Assembly: GCA_963806225.1 (NCBI GenBank)
Contig: CAWDXG010000004.1
Location: 5,280,001 to 5,344,000 of the forward strand
DNA: 64,000 bases
Direction: 5' to 3'
Source: an uncultured delta proteobacterium
GTDB lineage: Bacteria; Myxococcota_A; Polyangia; Polyangiales; Polyangiaceae
Shown here piece after piece: positions 39,121 through 50,245 of this stretch (the first letter of the stretch is position 1; each line of letters opens with the position of its first letter). Both the position numbers and the translations under genes were made by a program. Under the pieces are notes generated by a model. The model was not told the DNA's origin and did not search any database. It saw nothing but the letters and a program-made list of their open reading frames with translations.

Positions 39121-40145
39121 GACCCGCCACCTGGCCGCGCGACGATCCCGCGTCGGGGCGCCTGCTCGTCGTGGATGCTGCATCCGCCGCACTACGCGGC
39201 GCGCGACTGACGGAGCTGCCGGATCTGCTGGCACCGGGCGATCTGCTCGTGGTCAACGATGCTGCGACGCTGCCCGCGTCGCTGGCCGGCAAGACAGCCG
39301 CTGGACAGCCCGTGGAGCTCAGGCTGGCCCGCGCGCTCGGTGCAGGCGCGTTCCAGGCCGTGATTTTCGGGGCTAGCGACTGGCGCGTGCCGACGGAGCG
39401 CCGTCCACCGCCGCCGGAGCTCGGTGCAGGCGAACGCCTGCATTTCGCCGCGGCGCTGCACGCGGACATCACGGCCGTCGACGCCGACGAGCCGCGTCTC
39501 GTCGAGGTCGAGTTCGACCGGCAGGGCGACGCCCTGTGGCAGGCGCTCTACGCAGTCGGGCGCCCGGTGCAGTATGCCTACCAGCGCGCGCCGCTTTCGC
39601 TCTGGCACACGCAGAGCCGCTTCGCATCGCGTCCCTGGTCCTTTGAAGCGCCTTCGGCGGGGCTGCCGCTATCCTGGCGGCTGTTGCTCGCCGCGCGCCG
39701 TCGCGGCATCGGCCTTGCAGCCGTCACGCACGCCGCCGGTCTCTCGTCCACCGGCAGCGCATCGCTCGACGCGCGCCTCCCGCTGCCCGAGCGCTTCGAA
39801 GTGCCCGGATCCACCGCCGCGGCGGTGCGCCGCACGCGCGAAGTGGGCGGCCGCGTTATCGCCGTCGGCACCACGGTCGTGCGCGCGCTCGAGTCGCAGG
39901 CGCTGTGCTCCGGCGACGTCTTCGAAGCCGGCTCCGGCGAGGCTACGCTCCTGCTCGGCCCCGGCTATCGCCGCCGCGTCGTCGACGCCCTGCTCACCGG
40001 CATCCACGAGCCCGGCACCAGCCACTTCACCCTGCTCGAAGCCTTCGCACCCCGCGCCCTGCTCGAGCGCTCTCTCGAGCACGCGGCGCTGGACGGATAT
40101 CTGCTGCACGAGTTCGGGGACTCCATGCTCCTCTTCGCGAGTTGA
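39117..40145 (+). CDS. QueA-like protein (divergent from canonical QueA)
   Basis: PGDLLVVND, APSAG, IAVGTTVVRALES, VDALLTG-x-H-x-P, EFGDS; GTGA overlap with the SDR gene. Confidence 0.85.
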   Translation: MRPATWPRDDPASGRLLVVDAASAALRGARLTELPDLLAPGDLLVVNDAATLPASLAGKTAAGQPVELRLARALGAGAFQAVIFGASDWRVPTERRPPPPELGAGERLHFAAALHADITAVDADEPRLVEVEFDRQGDALWQALYAVGRPVQYAYQRAPLSLWHTQSRFASRPWSFEAPSAGLPLSWRLLLAARRRGIGLAAVTHAAGLSSTGSASLDARLPLPERFEVPGSTAAAVRRTREVGGRVIAVGTTVVRALESQALCSGDVFEAGSGEATLLLGPGYRRRVVDALLTGIHEPGTSHFTLLEAFAPRALLERSLEHAALDGYLLHEFGDSMLLFAS

Positions 40146-40227
40146 TTGGGGGCAGCTTGCCGCGCGGGACACTTGACGCGCCACCGGAGTGATGGACCTA
40201 TTGGCGGCTTCAAAGCGGAGGGCACAG

Positions 40228-42732
40228 ATGACGACAGAGGGCAGTCTCGATCCCCAACAGCTCCCCGATGAACCGCAGAGCCGCCACGCGCTGGCCGCGG
40301 AGTTGAAGCAGAAGGCGCTGGCGGCGCAGCAGCGCGGCGAGCTCCTGACGGCGATGCTGCACGCATCCGACGCGCTCATGCTGTACCCGAACGAGCGCGA
40401 GTATCTCGATCTGGTCGACGAGATCGCCTTGGCGACGCAGGACCCGCTGTCGCTCGTTCCGGTGGCGACCGGAGCGGTTCACGTGGCGACAGCTGCGGTG
40501 CGGGCGCGCATCATGATGATGCAGAAGGATCTGGGCGGCGCAATCGAGCTCGTGTGCGAGGTCGTCGATGTGGCGCCCGACCTCGACTACTTCGACTGGG
40601 TGCGTCGCTGGCTGCAGCCGCAGATCATCGATTCGCTGGGCTGGGAAAAGCTGGCACCGGGCGTGGTGCGCACCAGCGTCGGGCTGCTCCGCGAGGCGCC
40701 CCCTGGCGCTTCGCCAGATCATCCGTGTCTCCCGAACATCCGCTCGGCGGCGGATGCGCTCGCAATCCTCCGCCAGCACTTCGCGGACAAGCCGGAGCTC
40801 TACTTCGGCGAAGCGGCGCTGCGCCGCAGGCTCGGTGACCCGAACGCGACGCTGGCCGTGGCGAACGAAGGCGTGCAGCGCTTCCCCAACGAATGGTCGG
40901 CACTGACGACCATGGAGAACGCGCTCGGCGACGCCGGCCACCCCGACGACGCGCTTGCCTATGCGCGCCGGGCGATGCAGCTCGATCCTGGAGACTACTC
41001 GCCGCTGGACGACGCGGCCTGGGGCTACATCAAGGCGCAGCGCTTCGACCAGGCGGCGCAGATCTTCGACGAGATCATCGCGGCCAAGCCCGGCTTCCCC
41101 GGCGAGCGCCACGCCGCGCTGCACTACTGCCGCTTCCGCGCCACTGGCTCGCCCGAGGAGCGCCAGGCGCTATTGCGGATGCGCGATCGGCATTGGTGGA
41201 ACGACACCGCGCAGGATCTCGCCGACGAGATCGATCCGCCCGTCGAGTTCGAGAACACACTGCCGGGGCCGCAGGATCCGACGGCCTACGCCGGCCACGG
41301 GCTGGTGCGCGAGATCAAGCAGATCATCCAGTGTTGCGGCCAGGGCGGCAGTGTCGAGACGGAGCTCGAGAGCCAGTACCTGGATGCGCCCAGCGTGCCG
41401 ATGGCGTTCGACCTCTCGCTGAGGAGCCTGGGCGCGGGAGGCAAGCTGAACATCAAGGTCAGCGAGGTACAGCAGCCCGACCCGCGCGCGGACAAGGCGC
41501 AGGTGCAATACCGGCTGTGGCAGTACCAGGGCACGACGCCCCAGCGCGTGTACGGCCAGGCCGACCCGCGCGTGCAGCAGGCGATCGCGCAGATCGCCGA
41601 CCAGGTGTTCTCGCGCGAGGGCTGGGACCAGGCGGCGCGCGCTGTCGCGGCGTGGGGCCCGGATTGGATCCACGCCTTCATGGCGGTGATGACCGATCCG
41701 CCGCTCCTGCCGCAGAACAGCGAGTTCGACGGCTTCATCTGGACCTACCGCTGCCAGGTGGCGACGGCGATCGTGCTTTCGCACCTTGGTCCGTGGGAGA
41801 GCGGTCCCGGGCGTGGGGCGCTCTACTCGCTCCTGTACGGTCCCAGCGACTGGACCACCGACGCGGCGATCATCGCGATGTACTTCCGCGCCAAGGAAGA
41901 CCCCGCGCTCCGGCCCGAGGTCGAGAACATGTTCCAGTGGATGCGCGGGCAGATCCCGGAAAAGGGCTTCACCAGCTGGGAGGCGCCGCTCGCGCACTCG
42001 TGGCGCGCGCTCGGCGGTCATTCCCCCGAGGTGGAGCGCGAGCTGGACGCGTGGATCACGCGCTACCACCGGAGCTACTCGAAGAAGAACCGCGTGCTTC
42101 CGCCCGAGCGCCGCTATGGCGGTCTCACGCTCAGGCAGTACGCCGAGTTCAGCGTCGAGCGCGACGCGATCATGGCCAAACAGGGCTACACGGGGCGGCT
42201 CGGCAATATCGCGAAGTTCGGCCAGGCGCCGCCGCCCGGTATGCAGGAGCTCTGCGATCGCTTCGGTGTGCCGATGGGCGGAGTCGGCGGCGTGGTCCAT
42301 CCGTACATCCAGGAATGGCAGGAGGCGATGAACGGCAATCCGGACCTGCACCGCGAGTTCCTCGAGCTAGGCCGCGAGATCCAGCTCGAGAAGCAGGGCG
42401 TCAGCGCGGAGGAAAAGGCCGCGCTCGACAACATCCTCGACGGCAACATGGACATGCACGAACGCATGGCCCAGGCGCAGCAGGCGCAGCGCGCAGTGGC
42501 CGAGGGCAACGCGGGCGATCCCGATCCAGTTGTGTTCCCCGGCCAGCCTGTCGCGAAGCTGAGCGACTACGTTGGCATCATGAAGGGCATGCAGACGGGC
42601 GACATGATGGGCGCGCTCGGTCGCTATGGCCTCGACATGATGAGCTATGGCGGCGTCGCCCAGGCCTGGGGCGCCAAGATGGCCGCCGACCCGGTGCTGA
42701 TGGAGAAGTTCACGCGGATGATGAACGGCTGA
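40228..42732 (+). CDS. Large TPR-containing protein with duplicated C-terminal helical module
   Basis: GGAGG RBS; TPR-like repeats (ALGDAGHPDDALAYARRAMQLDP); strong coding bias. Confidence 0.78.
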   Translation: MTTEGSLDPQQLPDEPQSRHALAAELKQKALAAQQRGELLTAMLHASDALMLYPNEREYLDLVDEIALATQDPLSLVPVATGAVHVATAAVRARIMMMQKDLGGAIELVCEVVDVAPDLDYFDWVRRWLQPQIIDSLGWEKLAPGVVRTSVGLLREAPPGASPDHPCLPNIRSAADALAILRQHFADKPELYFGEAALRRRLGDPNATLAVANEGVQRFPNEWSALTTMENALGDAGHPDDALAYARRAMQLDPGDYSPLDDAAWGYIKAQRFDQAAQIFDEIIAAKPGFPGERHAALHYCRFRATGSPEERQALLRMRDRHWWNDTAQDLADEIDPPVEFENTLPGPQDPTAYAGHGLVREIKQIIQCCGQGGSVETELESQYLDAPSVPMAFDLSLRSLGAGGKLNIKVSEVQQPDPRADKAQVQYRLWQYQGTTPQRVYGQADPRVQQAIAQIADQVFSREGWDQAARAVAAWGPDWIHAFMAVMTDPPLLPQNSEFDGFIWTYRCQVATAIVLSHLGPWESGPGRGALYSLLYGPSDWTTDAAIIAMYFRAKEDPALRPEVENMFQWMRGQIPEKGFTSWEAPLAHSWRALGGHSPEVERELDAWITRYHRSYSKKNRVLPPERRYGGLTLRQYAEFSVERDAIMAKQGYTGRLGNIAKFGQAPPPGMQELCDRFGVPMGGVGGVVHPYIQEWQEAMNGNPDLHREFLELGREIQLEKQGVSAEEKAALDNILDGNMDMHERMAQAQQAQRAVAEGNAGDPDPVVFPGQPVAKLSDYVGIMKGMQTGDMMGALGRYGLDMMSYGGVAQAWGAKMAADPVLMEKFTRMMNG

Positions 42733-42793
42733 GGCCAGTCTGAACCCGCACGCTCCACAGCCCACCGACGCCCCGGGCAACCTGGGCCGCAGC

Positions 42794-44587
42794 ATGCTGG
42801 GCGTGTTCCGCTACGGCGGACGCGCCCTCGGGCTGGTGTGGAGCACGAGCAGGACGCTGTCGGTGGCGTTCGGCGTGCTCACGCTGGTAGCCGGTCTGCT
42901 GCCTGCCGCGATCGCGTTTACCGGCGCGCGCATCGTCGACTCGGTCGTCGCTGCGCACGCGGCGTCCGTCGCGGGACACGCGGTTTCGCTAGCGACGGTC
43001 GGTACCTGGATCGCCGTCGAGGGTGCTCTGGTCGCCGCCCTGGCCGGCACCACGCGCGGCATCTCGCTCTGTCAGTCGCTCCTGCGCGCGCAGCTCGGCG
43101 AGCGCGTCAACGAGATGATCCTCGAGAAGGCTCTGACCCTGGAGCTGACGCAGTTCGAGGATTCGGAGTTCTACGACAAGCTCACGCGGGCGCGTCGCGA
43201 AGCGTCGTCGCGCCCGCTGTCGCTGGTCACGCGCACCTTCGGCCTCGCTCGCAACGTGGTGTCGCTCCTGAGCTACGGCGCGCTCCTGGTGCACTTCTCG
43301 CCCTGGGCGGTCGTGGTGCTGCTGGTCGCGGGGCTGCCGGCCTTCGCCGCCGAGACGCGTTTCTCGGGAGAAGCATTTCGTCTGTTCCGCTGGCGCTCCC
43401 CGGAAACCCGCATGCAGATGTACCTGGAGACGGTCCTCGCGCGCGAAGATCACGCCAAGGAGGTCAAGCTTTTCGATCTAGGTCCACGCCTTCTGGATCG
43501 CTACCGGCGGATCTTCCAGATGCTGTACCGGGCGGATCGCAATCTCACGATTCGCCGCGACGGCTGGGGTTTTGTCCTCGGCCTGCTGGGGACCGCCGCG
43601 CTCTACGGCGCCTACGCCTGGGTCGCCGTCACCACAGTGTTCGGTCGCATCACGCTCGGCCAGATGACCATGTACCTGGCGCTGTTCCGTCAGGGCCAAT
43701 CGTCGGTGTCGGCCATCCTGGCGGGCATCGGAGGGATGTACGAGGACAACCTCTACCTTTCCACGTTGTACGAATTCCTGGAAACCCCCGTGGCGTCGCC
43801 CGCGGGCACTGCAACCGAGGGGCCCGAGCCGAGCGACGGCGTCCGCTTCGAGCACGTGAGCTTCACCTACCCGGGCGCCGAGGCGCCGGCGCTGGACGAC
43901 ATCGAGCTCCGCATCCGCCCGGGCGAATCCCTGGCGCTGGTCGGCGAGAACGGTTCCGGCAAGACGACGCTGATCAAGCTGCTGACGCGGCTGTACCGGC
44001 CGCAAACGGGGCGCGTCCTGCTCGACGGCCTCGACCTCCAGGAGTGGGACAAGGACGCGCTGCGCCGGCGCGTCGGCGTCATCTTCCAGGACTTTGCCCG
44101 CTACCAGATGCGCGTCGGCGAGAACATCGGCGCCGGCGACGTGCGCTACTTCGAGGACGCCGAGCGCTGGCGCGAAGCGGCCGACCGCGGCATGGCGACG
44201 CCCTTCGTCGACGCCCTGCCGGAAGGTTTCGACACGCAGCTGGGCCGCTGGTTCAAGGACGGTCGCGAGCTCTCCGGTGGGCAGTGGCAGAAGGTCGCGC
44301 TGTCGCGCGCCTTCATGCGGCGCGACGCCGACGTGCTCGTGCTCGACGAGCCGACGGCGGCGATGGACGCCGGCGCCGAAGCGGAAGTGTTCGAGCAGTT
44401 CCGGAAGCTCGCGAGCGATCGAATCGTGATCCTGATCTCACATCGCTTCTCCACCGTGCGCATGGCCGACCAGATCGTCGTCCTGCACGGCGGCCGCATC
44501 CAGGAGCGAGGCAGCCACGAGGAACTGATGGCGCTCGACGGGCATTATGCGCGCCTGTTCTCGCTGCAGGCACGCGGGTATCGGTAG
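42794..44587 (+). CDS. ABC exporter, fused permease/ATP-binding protein
   Basis: N-terminal TM helices; [27 protein letters not shown]. Confidence 0.93.
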   Translation: MLGVFRYGGRALGLVWSTSRTLSVAFGVLTLVAGLLPAAIAFTGARIVDSVVAAHAASVAGHAVSLATVGTWIAVEGALVAALAGTTRGISLCQSLLRAQLGERVNEMILEKALTLELTQFEDSEFYDKLTRARREASSRPLSLVTRTFGLARNVVSLLSYGALLVHFSPWAVVVLLVAGLPAFAAETRFSGEAFRLFRWRSPETRMQMYLETVLAREDHAKEVKLFDLGPRLLDRYRRIFQMLYRADRNLTIRRDGWGFVLGLLGTAALYGAYAWVAVTTVFGRITLGQMTMYLALFRQGQSSVSAILAGIGGMYEDNLYLSTLYEFLETPVASPAGTATEGPEPSDGVRFEHVSFTYPGAEAPALDDIELRIRPGESLALVGENGSGKTTLIKLLTRLYRPQTGRVLLDGLDLQEWDKDALRRRVGVIFQDFARYQMRVGENIGAGDVRYFEDAERWREAADRGMATPFVDALPEGFDTQLGRWFKDGRELSGGQWQKVALSRAFMRRDADVLVLDEPTAAMDAGAEAEVFEQFRKLASDRIVILISHRFSTVRMADQIVVLHGGRIQERGSHEELMALDGHYARLFSLQARGYR

Positions 44588-45040
44588 CCGCGCGCGACAG
44601 TGCAGCTGCTGCGTCGCGAGGGTGCGCGAGCACGAACAGCGTAGTCGGCGTCAGATCGGGGTGTGAAAGGTGCCAGTACTCGATGCCCCGGAATGTGCCG
44701 TTGGCCCCGCCCAGGTCGTACCAGCTCGTGAACAGAGCCCGAAGCCAGCCCGCCCTCGTCGGGACATGGAGCGGGTCACGGCCAGGGAATCCAACCGCCG
44801 TCCGGAGGGGGAGCTGGCCGCCACTCGCCCGGGTGTGGAGCGGAGAAGTCGCTCGCGAGCCTGCACCGCGGCCGCGGAGCTCGGCGATTCGTGGCTGTCA
44901 ATTGTCTCGAATCGTTGGCATACTATGCAGTTGTGTGAATGCCGCGCTCACCCCGCTGGAGACACCGCGAGGGGTTGGGCATCGGGATTGTGACGGGCCG
45001 ATGACGCAGGTTTTCCGTAGTTCCCTTTCCCGGCTGTACG

Positions 45041-45649
45041 ATGGCCGGGGTCACGGCTGGGCAAATCCTGGACCCTGAGGAATCGATGGAGCTGGTCGAT
45101 AATCTTCTCGAAGAGCACCGCCTGATCAAGAACGTGGTTGAAGCGTTCGAGGTGTACGTGGACTCCGTGGATCTCCGGAACAAGGTCGAGCAGCACGATC
45201 TGTTCCGGTTCGTCACGTTCTTTTCGGACTTCGCCGACGACATCCACCACGCGAAGGAAGAGAGCCTGCTGTTCCCTGCGCTGGAGCGCAATGGCTTCGC
45301 CGCGAAGGTGGGGCCGTTGGCCCTCATACGCAAGCAACACTCGCGGGAGCGTCTTCTGTATGCAGGGCTGAAGCGTGCCGCGACCGATCGACACGCCTGG
45401 ACCGACGCCCGCATCGGGGAGCTGGTGAGGTCCGCACGCACGCTCATCGACTTCGAGCGCGCGCACGTCGAAGAAGAGAACTCGCGGCTGCTACCTGCGG
45501 CGCGGGTCGAGCTCGCGAACGAGGACCCCAGCGTCGTGGCGAAGAGCCTGGAGCGGTTCGAACGCGTCCACTCCCTCGGTGGCTACGCGGACTATCTGCG
45601 CCGGCTCGCCGACGAGTTGTTCGCGACGTACGTGTCCGAAGCGGCGTGA
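45041..45649 (+). CDS. Hemerythrin HHE domain protein
   Basis: L-x2-EH, HHAKEE-x-LLFP, QH, HVEEEN-x2-LLP; start may be ATG 45086. Confidence 0.85.
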   Translation: MAGVTAGQILDPEESMELVDNLLEEHRLIKNVVEAFEVYVDSVDLRNKVEQHDLFRFVTFFSDFADDIHHAKEESLLFPALERNGFAAKVGPLALIRKQHSRERLLYAGLKRAATDRHAWTDARIGELVRSARTLIDFERAHVEEENSRLLPAARVELANEDPSVVAKSLERFERVHSLGGYADYLRRLADELFATYVSEAA

Positions 45650-45698
45650 TGCCGGTCCGGCGCCCGGGCCACGGCCTGCTGGCTGCGAAGCGGATCGG

Positions 45699-46094
45699 CT
45701 ACGTCGTCGTCTCGCCCGTCGCCAAGAGCAGCGCCTGGCGGAAGCTTGCCGGGCTGTCGTGCAGCTTGGCGAGGCCGCCCAGCGCGATGTTGCCGACGGA
45801 CACGCCCATCTTGACAATCCTCGAGCGGGTCAGGATGTCCGCGCTCTGGATCTGTCTCCGGTGCTCCAGCGACCAGCCGGTGAGCGCGTAGCGCGCCGGG
45901 TTGTCGTAGCCGTCTACTTCCCACCAGTCGTGGAAGAAGCACAGCTTTTCGCTCGGGCTTCGTTTGGCGAATTCGATGAAACGCTGCACGAGCTCGGTGC
46001 GGAGCCTGCCCTCCACGACGTAGAGGAGCACACCGGGTCGCGGCTCGCTCGCGTGCATCACTCCGTCCTCGTCGTTGAACTCTGCGCGGCGCAT
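45699..46094 (-). CDS. Hypothetical protein (STAS/SEC14-like)
   Basis: F-x-DW-x-EV-x-GYD-x2-AR-x2-LT-x-W...S-x-IV-x-MGVSV pattern. Confidence 0.6.
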   Translation of the reverse strand: MRRAEFNDEDGVMHASEPRPGVLLYVVEGRLRTELVQRFIEFAKRSPSEKLCFFHDWWEVDGYDNPARYALTGWSLEHRRQIQSADILTRSRIVKMGVSVGNIALGGLAKLHDSPASFRQALLLATGETTT

Positions 46095-46203
46095 CGCGAG
46101 CGAGCATAGCCCGGAAGGGGCGGCGTGACAGCAGACCGGCCTATCGTCGATCGAACGCCGGCGCGACTATGGCGGACACGATCACGTAGTCAGTGGCGTG
46201 CTG

Positions 46204-48384
46204 TCATGATTTCTGCGGCGCGCGCCGGGCGTGACCGGCGAGGGGACCGCCGAGGCGGACGCGCCAGATGTCGAAGTTGCCCGCGACGTTCACGGAGAAA
46301 TAGACGAAGTCGCCGCCCCAGACCGGCTGCTCCATGTCCGCGGTCCCGTCCGTGAGCTGCTGCACGCCGCTGCCGTCTGCGCGCATCACGAACAGGTTCC
46401 AGATGGGGGAGGACGAGCCCCTGTGGCCGCAGTTGGCGATGTATCCGATGAACGCTCCGTCGCCGGACCATGTGGCGTCCTCGTGGTGGCAGGAGCCGGA
46501 TGTGAGCGCCTTCACGGATCCGTTCCCATCAGGATCCCGCAGCATGATCTGCCGGTAGCGATTGATCGTGCGGGTGTAGGCGATGACGCTGCCGTCGGGG
46601 CTCCATGCGGGATTGAGGCCGGCACCGAGCTTCGTCTTCTCTACGCCGTCCAGCGTCGCGACGTACATGTAGTAGCCGCCACGGTGCGTTTCCGCCGCGG
46701 CGTACGCGACTCGCTTGCTGTCGGGCGAGACGCTGGGCCGGTCGATGTCGTGCCCCGCGCTCGCCAAATCGCGCACCGGCGCGAAGCGGGCCGCCGAGAG
46801 CGCGTGCCGGAGCGTTGCCCGGCCGTTCCCTGGCTCTGCCACGTAGAGGAACCCGCTGCCGTCGGGGAGCCACACGGGGCGCCGCGCATGCTGCCGGGCA
46901 CCCACGTATTCGGTGCCCCGGAACGCGCCGTCGGGACCGGACGCCATGATGGCGTCGTCGTGCTCTTCCTCCGGCACGCGGAGGTCGTAGAGAAGGAGTC
47001 GCCCGTCCGGCGAAGGCGCCGGGGAAAACTCGTTCATCGGATCGTAGGTCAGGCGCTCGAGGTCGCCGGCGTTGCCCTGGGCAGCCAGGTCGTGCGGTGG
47101 ACCCAGGCTCACGAGCACCAGGACAGCGGACAGCGCCAATAGTCCCATCGCCCAGACCGCCGCCCAGCGCCAACGACGATGCTCGTCGCGCCGCTGGAAG
47201 AGCGTTTCCTCGAGCGACGCAGTCTCGCTGTCCTGGGTGGCGGCTTCGCGGCGAGCGTCCAGACCGAGAACGTTCTCCTCGCCGCAGTACACGCAGGCCA
47301 CGAGCACCGACCCCGGAGGCTCGACGAGCGGAGCGTTGCAGGAGCGGCAGCGGTGAGGCTCGCCTTCCCGGGCTGGCGCGCGGGCGGAAAAGTGCAAAGT
47401 GAGCAGGCGCAGCGCCTGCCGATCGGTGAACTGACCTCTGAACAGGAAGAAGAACCCGGCAATGGCGGCGAACGCTGCGATGATCAAGAGCAGCCCGTTG
47501 AAGATGCGCAGGAAACACAGCATGTACAGGCCGGCCGCAACGCCCATGACCGCCAGCCACACGCCGAGTGATGGCAGCGCGACCAGAACGATCGCCAGGC
47601 TCGAGCGCAGGGCTCCCGGTTGACGAACGAGCTTCTCGACCAGGCGCTCTGCTTGGCGGCGGCTCGTGTCGCGATTCAGGACCGCGCGGATGCGTGCACG
47701 GATGTCCTCGGCGACACGCACCCAGGAAGAGCAGTACCCGCACTGGATCCACTCCTGATCCGCCGGCGACGCGGGCGCGCCGCAGTTGTTGCAGTGCAGA
47801 GCCGTTACGGGACCCGAAGCTGCGCTCCCGCCGGCGGCCAGGCTCCGGGCGCGCGCGGCCGAAGCCTTGATCGAGTCGCACAGTGCCTCCAGGCTCGCGC
47901 GCTCCTGGTTGTTTTCGGCGCTCGCGAGCACGATGTCATCGAGCTTGAGCTCCCAGAAGTTCACCCGTACGTGATCCTCTTCCACGAGCTCCAGGTTCTC
48001 GTGCCTGCCGACCAGTTCGACGCTGTCCGGATCGATCTGGTTCCATGCGCGGAAGAGCCCGCCGTTGGGCCCTCCTGCGACGCGCAGACCGTCCGCAGCC
48101 ATGACGATGTCGCTGGGCCGCTCGCGCACGGCCAGCCTCAGGTGCTTCCAGCCGTAGGCCAGGATCCCGAAGCCGGCGAACATCACGAAGAGGATGACCA
48201 ACCCGAGCTGGAAGTAGGCCTCCAGTGCTTCGTCCAGCGGCAGGAACACGGCCGGGAAGACGAGCGCACAGGCCAGGAGGACTCCCGGCGCGAAGGCTGC
48301 CGCGGCGCGTGTCACACCCCCGAGCGACGAGGTTCCGACCTGGAGCGGCAGACGCAGATCGCGATGCATCGGATCCGCGATCAT
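46204..48384 (-). CDS. Membrane protein with two Zn ribbons and a C-terminal TolB-like (PD40) propeller
   Basis: CNNC...CGYC and CRSC...CVYC; five TM segments; PAPSPDG, PSVSPD, PAWSPDG repeats. Confidence 0.75.
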   Translation of the reverse strand: MIADPMHRDLRLPLQVGTSSLGGVTRAAAAFAPGVLLACALVFPAVFLPLDEALEAYFQLGLVILFVMFAGFGILAYGWKHLRLAVRERPSDIVMAADGLRVAGGPNGGLFRAWNQIDPDSVELVGRHENLELVEEDHVRVNFWELKLDDIVLASAENNQERASLEALCDSIKASAARARSLAAGGSAASGPVTALHCNNCGAPASPADQEWIQCGYCSSWVRVAEDIRARIRAVLNRDTSRRQAERLVEKLVRQPGALRSSLAIVLVALPSLGVWLAVMGVAAGLYMLCFLRIFNGLLLIIAAFAAIAGFFFLFRGQFTDRQALRLLTLHFSARAPAREGEPHRCRSCNAPLVEPPGSVLVACVYCGEENVLGLDARREAATQDSETASLEETLFQRRDEHRRWRWAAVWAMGLLALSAVLVLVSLGPPHDLAAQGNAGDLERLTYDPMNEFSPAPSPDGRLLLYDLRVPEEEHDDAIMASGPDGAFRGTEYVGARQHARRPVWLPDGSGFLYVAEPGNGRATLRHALSAARFAPVRDLASAGHDIDRPSVSPDSKRVAYAAAETHRGGYYMYVATLDGVEKTKLGAGLNPAWSPDGSVIAYTRTINRYRQIMLRDPDGNGSVKALTSGSCHHEDATWSGDGAFIGYIANCGHRGSSSPIWNLFVMRADGSGVQQLTDGTADMEQPVWGGDFVYFSVNVAGNFDIWRVRLGGPLAGHARRAPQKS

Positions 48385-48490
48385 AACCGAATCCGGAGAG
48401 ACGGCGGAAGCGGTCCGCCGCGTTGCATGCTCCCGATATGCTCGGGGCTGAGCATCTCGTCGACGGCGGCGCGTCGACGAGATGCGGGAT

Positions 48491-50245
48491 CTACCGCGCC
48501 TTCCACGTAAACGTATCCACCAGCACGGGCCTCGCGTCGCTTCCCAGCGGGTCGACGAGGCCGACGACCCAGCCGTCGACGGCGCTGCCGTCGGCGTGGA
48601 CGCGCAGGCGCACGAAGTGCTTGAAACCGGGATGGTCGAGGGCCGTGAAGGCCTGCGTGTTTTCCAGGCCCAGCGCAGTCAGAAGCGCGAGGTAGGCGCC
48701 GAAAATGAACGTGCCGCCGAGCACGCCGGCGACGAGCGAGATCGCCGCGAGCAGAAGCGGCGCGAGATGGATACCCGCGGCGCCGAGCGCGTGATCGAGC
48801 AGCCACGAGAAAGCGACCGGCACCGAGGCGGTCGCCACCGCTGCGACCAGCGCGTACAGGAGCGTGATGCGCTGCCCACGGCGGATGCCGCCGATGAGCG
48901 CGTACACGATCGTCACGACGACCGTAATGGCCAGCGGCGCGCTGGCCATCACCCCGGTGCGCTCGTAGATGCGGAGCCCTACGCTCACCGCCGGCACGAA
49001 CAACAGCAGCATCGCGTAGTGCGGCAGGAAGCCCGAGCGACCGAGCATGATCTTCCACGGCACCCGCCACAAGAGGCGCCGGCACTGTGGCGCGTCGGGA
49101 AACTCCACTTCGGCGGGGCGCAGGCCCTTTCGCCGGAGCGGCGCGGGATGCAGGAACGCGCCGCCACCGCCCGCCGTCACGAACTGCGACGGCCCCTCCA
49201 CCTCGCGCCGGTAGTGGTGCACGTCGCCGGACAGCACGAAGTGCGGCCGCCCCGTCAGGCTCAGGCCCAGCGACTCCACCATCGCGCTGCCCGTGACGCT
49301 GTGGCCGCCGAAGCGGTAGGCCGGATCTGGCAGCACGACCCAGGGCGACATGGCCAGGTTCTGGTTCAGCCAGTTCACGAAGAAGTGCTGCTGGCGCGAG
49401 TCGATGTTCTTGAGCTGGCGGTCGACCGCGAGCACGCCAATGCCGGGCGCGATGGGCAGAGCGAAGTAGCTGGCGCTCTGTACTGGCTCGTAGCCCGTGA
49501 GGTCGAGCGTCTTCGGCTTGTCGATCTGCCCGCCGAGTACGAACTCGCGCGCGAAGTCGGCATAGCGATCGATGAGCGTCCGCGAGACGCGCCCGGAGCT
49601 CCGCCGATCGTCGCCGTCGGCGAGATGACGGCGGAACATGCGCCCGAAGCCGTCGAGCCCGTCGTACCAGTCGTGGTTGCCCGGAATGCCGAGCAGCACC
49701 CGCGGCCGGCCGTCGTCGCGCTTGTCGAGCACCTGGTTGAACGGTTCGATCACGCGCGCCGTGATCTCGTCGGCAGTGGCGACGGGGTAGGCCGTGTCGC
49801 CACCGAAGAGCAGCATGTCGCCGCGCGGTGCCGTGAGCGAAGCGCCGCCTCCCGACGGATCGGGCAACCGGTAGTCGCGGAACACCAGCCCCGCCACCGC
49901 GCGGCTCACCGACACGTCGTCGCCCGTGTCGGCGAGGTAGTCGATCCACAGATCGCGCCCCAGGCTCTCGGTGACGTTCTGCTGCCCCGGCGCGCCGCCC
50001 AGCAGCTCCGCGATGCGCCCCACGAGCACGGGCGGCGGGTCCGCGCTCATCCAGTCGCGCGAGTCGACGTCCTCTGTCGCGATCGCGCTGGCGATGAAGT
50101 GGCGCATGTGCCCCCAGAACGACCGCGCCCCGAACCACACCACGCCCCGTGGCCGCACCCGCCCGCGCGTGAAGCGCCCGTGCGGCGCTCCGGGCTGCCA
50201 GCGCTCGGGAGCCAGCGCGCCCGTCGGGTTGCCCGGAGCATTCAC
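48491..50245 (-). CDS. Calcineurin-like metallophosphoesterase with C-terminal TM helices
   Basis: [37 protein letters not shown]. Confidence 0.82.
   Translation of the reverse strand: MNAPGNPTGALAPERWQPGAPHGRFTRGRVRPRGVVWFGARSFWGHMRHFIASAIATEDVDSRDWMSADPPPVLVGRIAELLGGAPGQQNVTESLGRDLWIDYLADTGDDVSVSRAVAGLVFRDYRLPDPSGGGASLTAPRGDMLLFGGDTAYPVATADEITARVIEPFNQVLDKRDDGRPRVLLGIPGNHDWYDGLDGFGRMFRRHLADGDDRRSSGRVSRTLIDRYADFAREFVLGGQIDKPKTLDLTGYEPVQSASYFALPIAPGIGVLAVDRQLKNIDSRQQHFFVNWLNQNLAMSPWVVLPDPAYRFGGHSVTGSAMVESLGLSLTGRPHFVLSGDVHHYRREVEGPSQFVTAGGGGAFLHPAPLRRKGLRPAEVEFPDAPQCRRLLWRVPWKIMLGRSGFLPHYAMLLLFVPAVSVGLRIYERTGVMASAPLAITVVVTIVYALIGGIRRGQRITLLYALVAAVATASVPVAFSWLLDHALGAAGIHLAPLLLAAISLVAGVLGGTFIFGAYLALLTALGLENTQAFTALDHPGFKHFVRLRVHADGSAVDGWVVGLVDPLGSDARPVLVDTFTWKAR

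Noticed and set aside
39117..40145. Calling this gene canonical queA
   Set aside because: Key motifs are diverged and the context is an SDR rather than tgt, so the symbol is withheld.
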